NCBI RefSeq assembly: GCF_018350175.1
Contig: NC_058368.1
Location: forward strand, 32,738,001 to 32,802,000
Direction of reading: 5' to 3'
Source of the DNA: Felis catus
Lineage: Eukaryota
DNA length: 64,000 nt
Positions 63,378 to 64,000 of this stretch are shown here, in pieces. How positions within the stretch are numbered: the stretch's first letter is position 1; the number at the start of each line of letters is the position of its first letter. The notes under the pieces were generated by a model. The model saw only the letters and a program-made list of their open reading frames with translations. It had not been told where the DNA came from and did not search any database. The translations under genes were made by a program, and so were the position numbers.

Positions 63378-64000
63378 CTGAAAATGCATTTTGAAAATAA
63401 AATATATTAATTGCTTACAGTTAAGAAAGAAAGGAAGAAATGTTAGTCATAAGTTCTCTTGTGCAAGTTGTATTGCCCCAATATGGAGAGAAAACTAAAG
63501 TATCATTCTTGCTGGCTCAAAACCTTCACATTTTTCTATATTTCTACACCCCTCTATGTCTAACCAGTTTTAGATGCTGCACTTTTCATCTTCAAATAGA
63601 TCCTTGTTTCTTCTTTTTTGTTTCTACTGCTGGACTAATTAATACATTTTAGTATTTCACATTTTGATTGATATAGTGATTTTCTATCCATGTCCCCTAC
63701 ATGGTTTTCCTTCCTAAAACAGCAACTGCATTTTTGCTAACAAAAAGTAGTACTTTGTTCTGCTATTGAGGTATTCAAAAAATTTTTTTAAATATTACTC
63801 TTCTTGATGAAATTTACAGAAAAGTGACCATATTATATTCTCTATGATAATGCTTATATTAAAAGATGTGTTTTCTTCAGTTAGGATAATATATTCAACT
63901 TCATTTATTTACAAGATAATTAGAGTTTTGTTTTTTTGCATCTTCCAAACATTTTATAAAAAAAGATATTTCTCTTTATGATATTTTCAACATTCCAAAA

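Overview
AT-rich, repeat-dense mammalian genomic DNA, very likely from a felid: it carries feliform-type Can-SINEs (SINEC_Fc-like) and young cat-type L1 3' ends. No intact protein-coding gene, RNA gene, CpG island or CRISPR array is supported, and the ORF track is mostly SINE-derived, L1-derived or chance ORFs. The window holds about 24 Can-SINEs (most with target-site duplications, TSDs), L1 copies of several ages, MaLR/MLT LTRs, a decayed ERV-L-like interior with pro/RT/RNaseH/IN remnants, Tigger DNA transposons, MIR/L2 relics and microsatellites. The main non-repeat result, invisible in the ORF track, is a decayed processed pseudogene of NUB1 (about 13.9-15.65 kb, + strand), split by a SINE and lacking its 3' end. 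Also notable: a short unidentified polyadenylated retro-insert (34.3 kb), a twin-primed L1, a TSD-bounded L1 missing ORF1, nested and stacked SINEs, an old local duplication, and low-confidence splice-site-bounded micro-exon candidates. I do not see a convincing novel biological system. Repeat subfamily names come from recalled consensus sequences, and boundaries of old elements are approximate.
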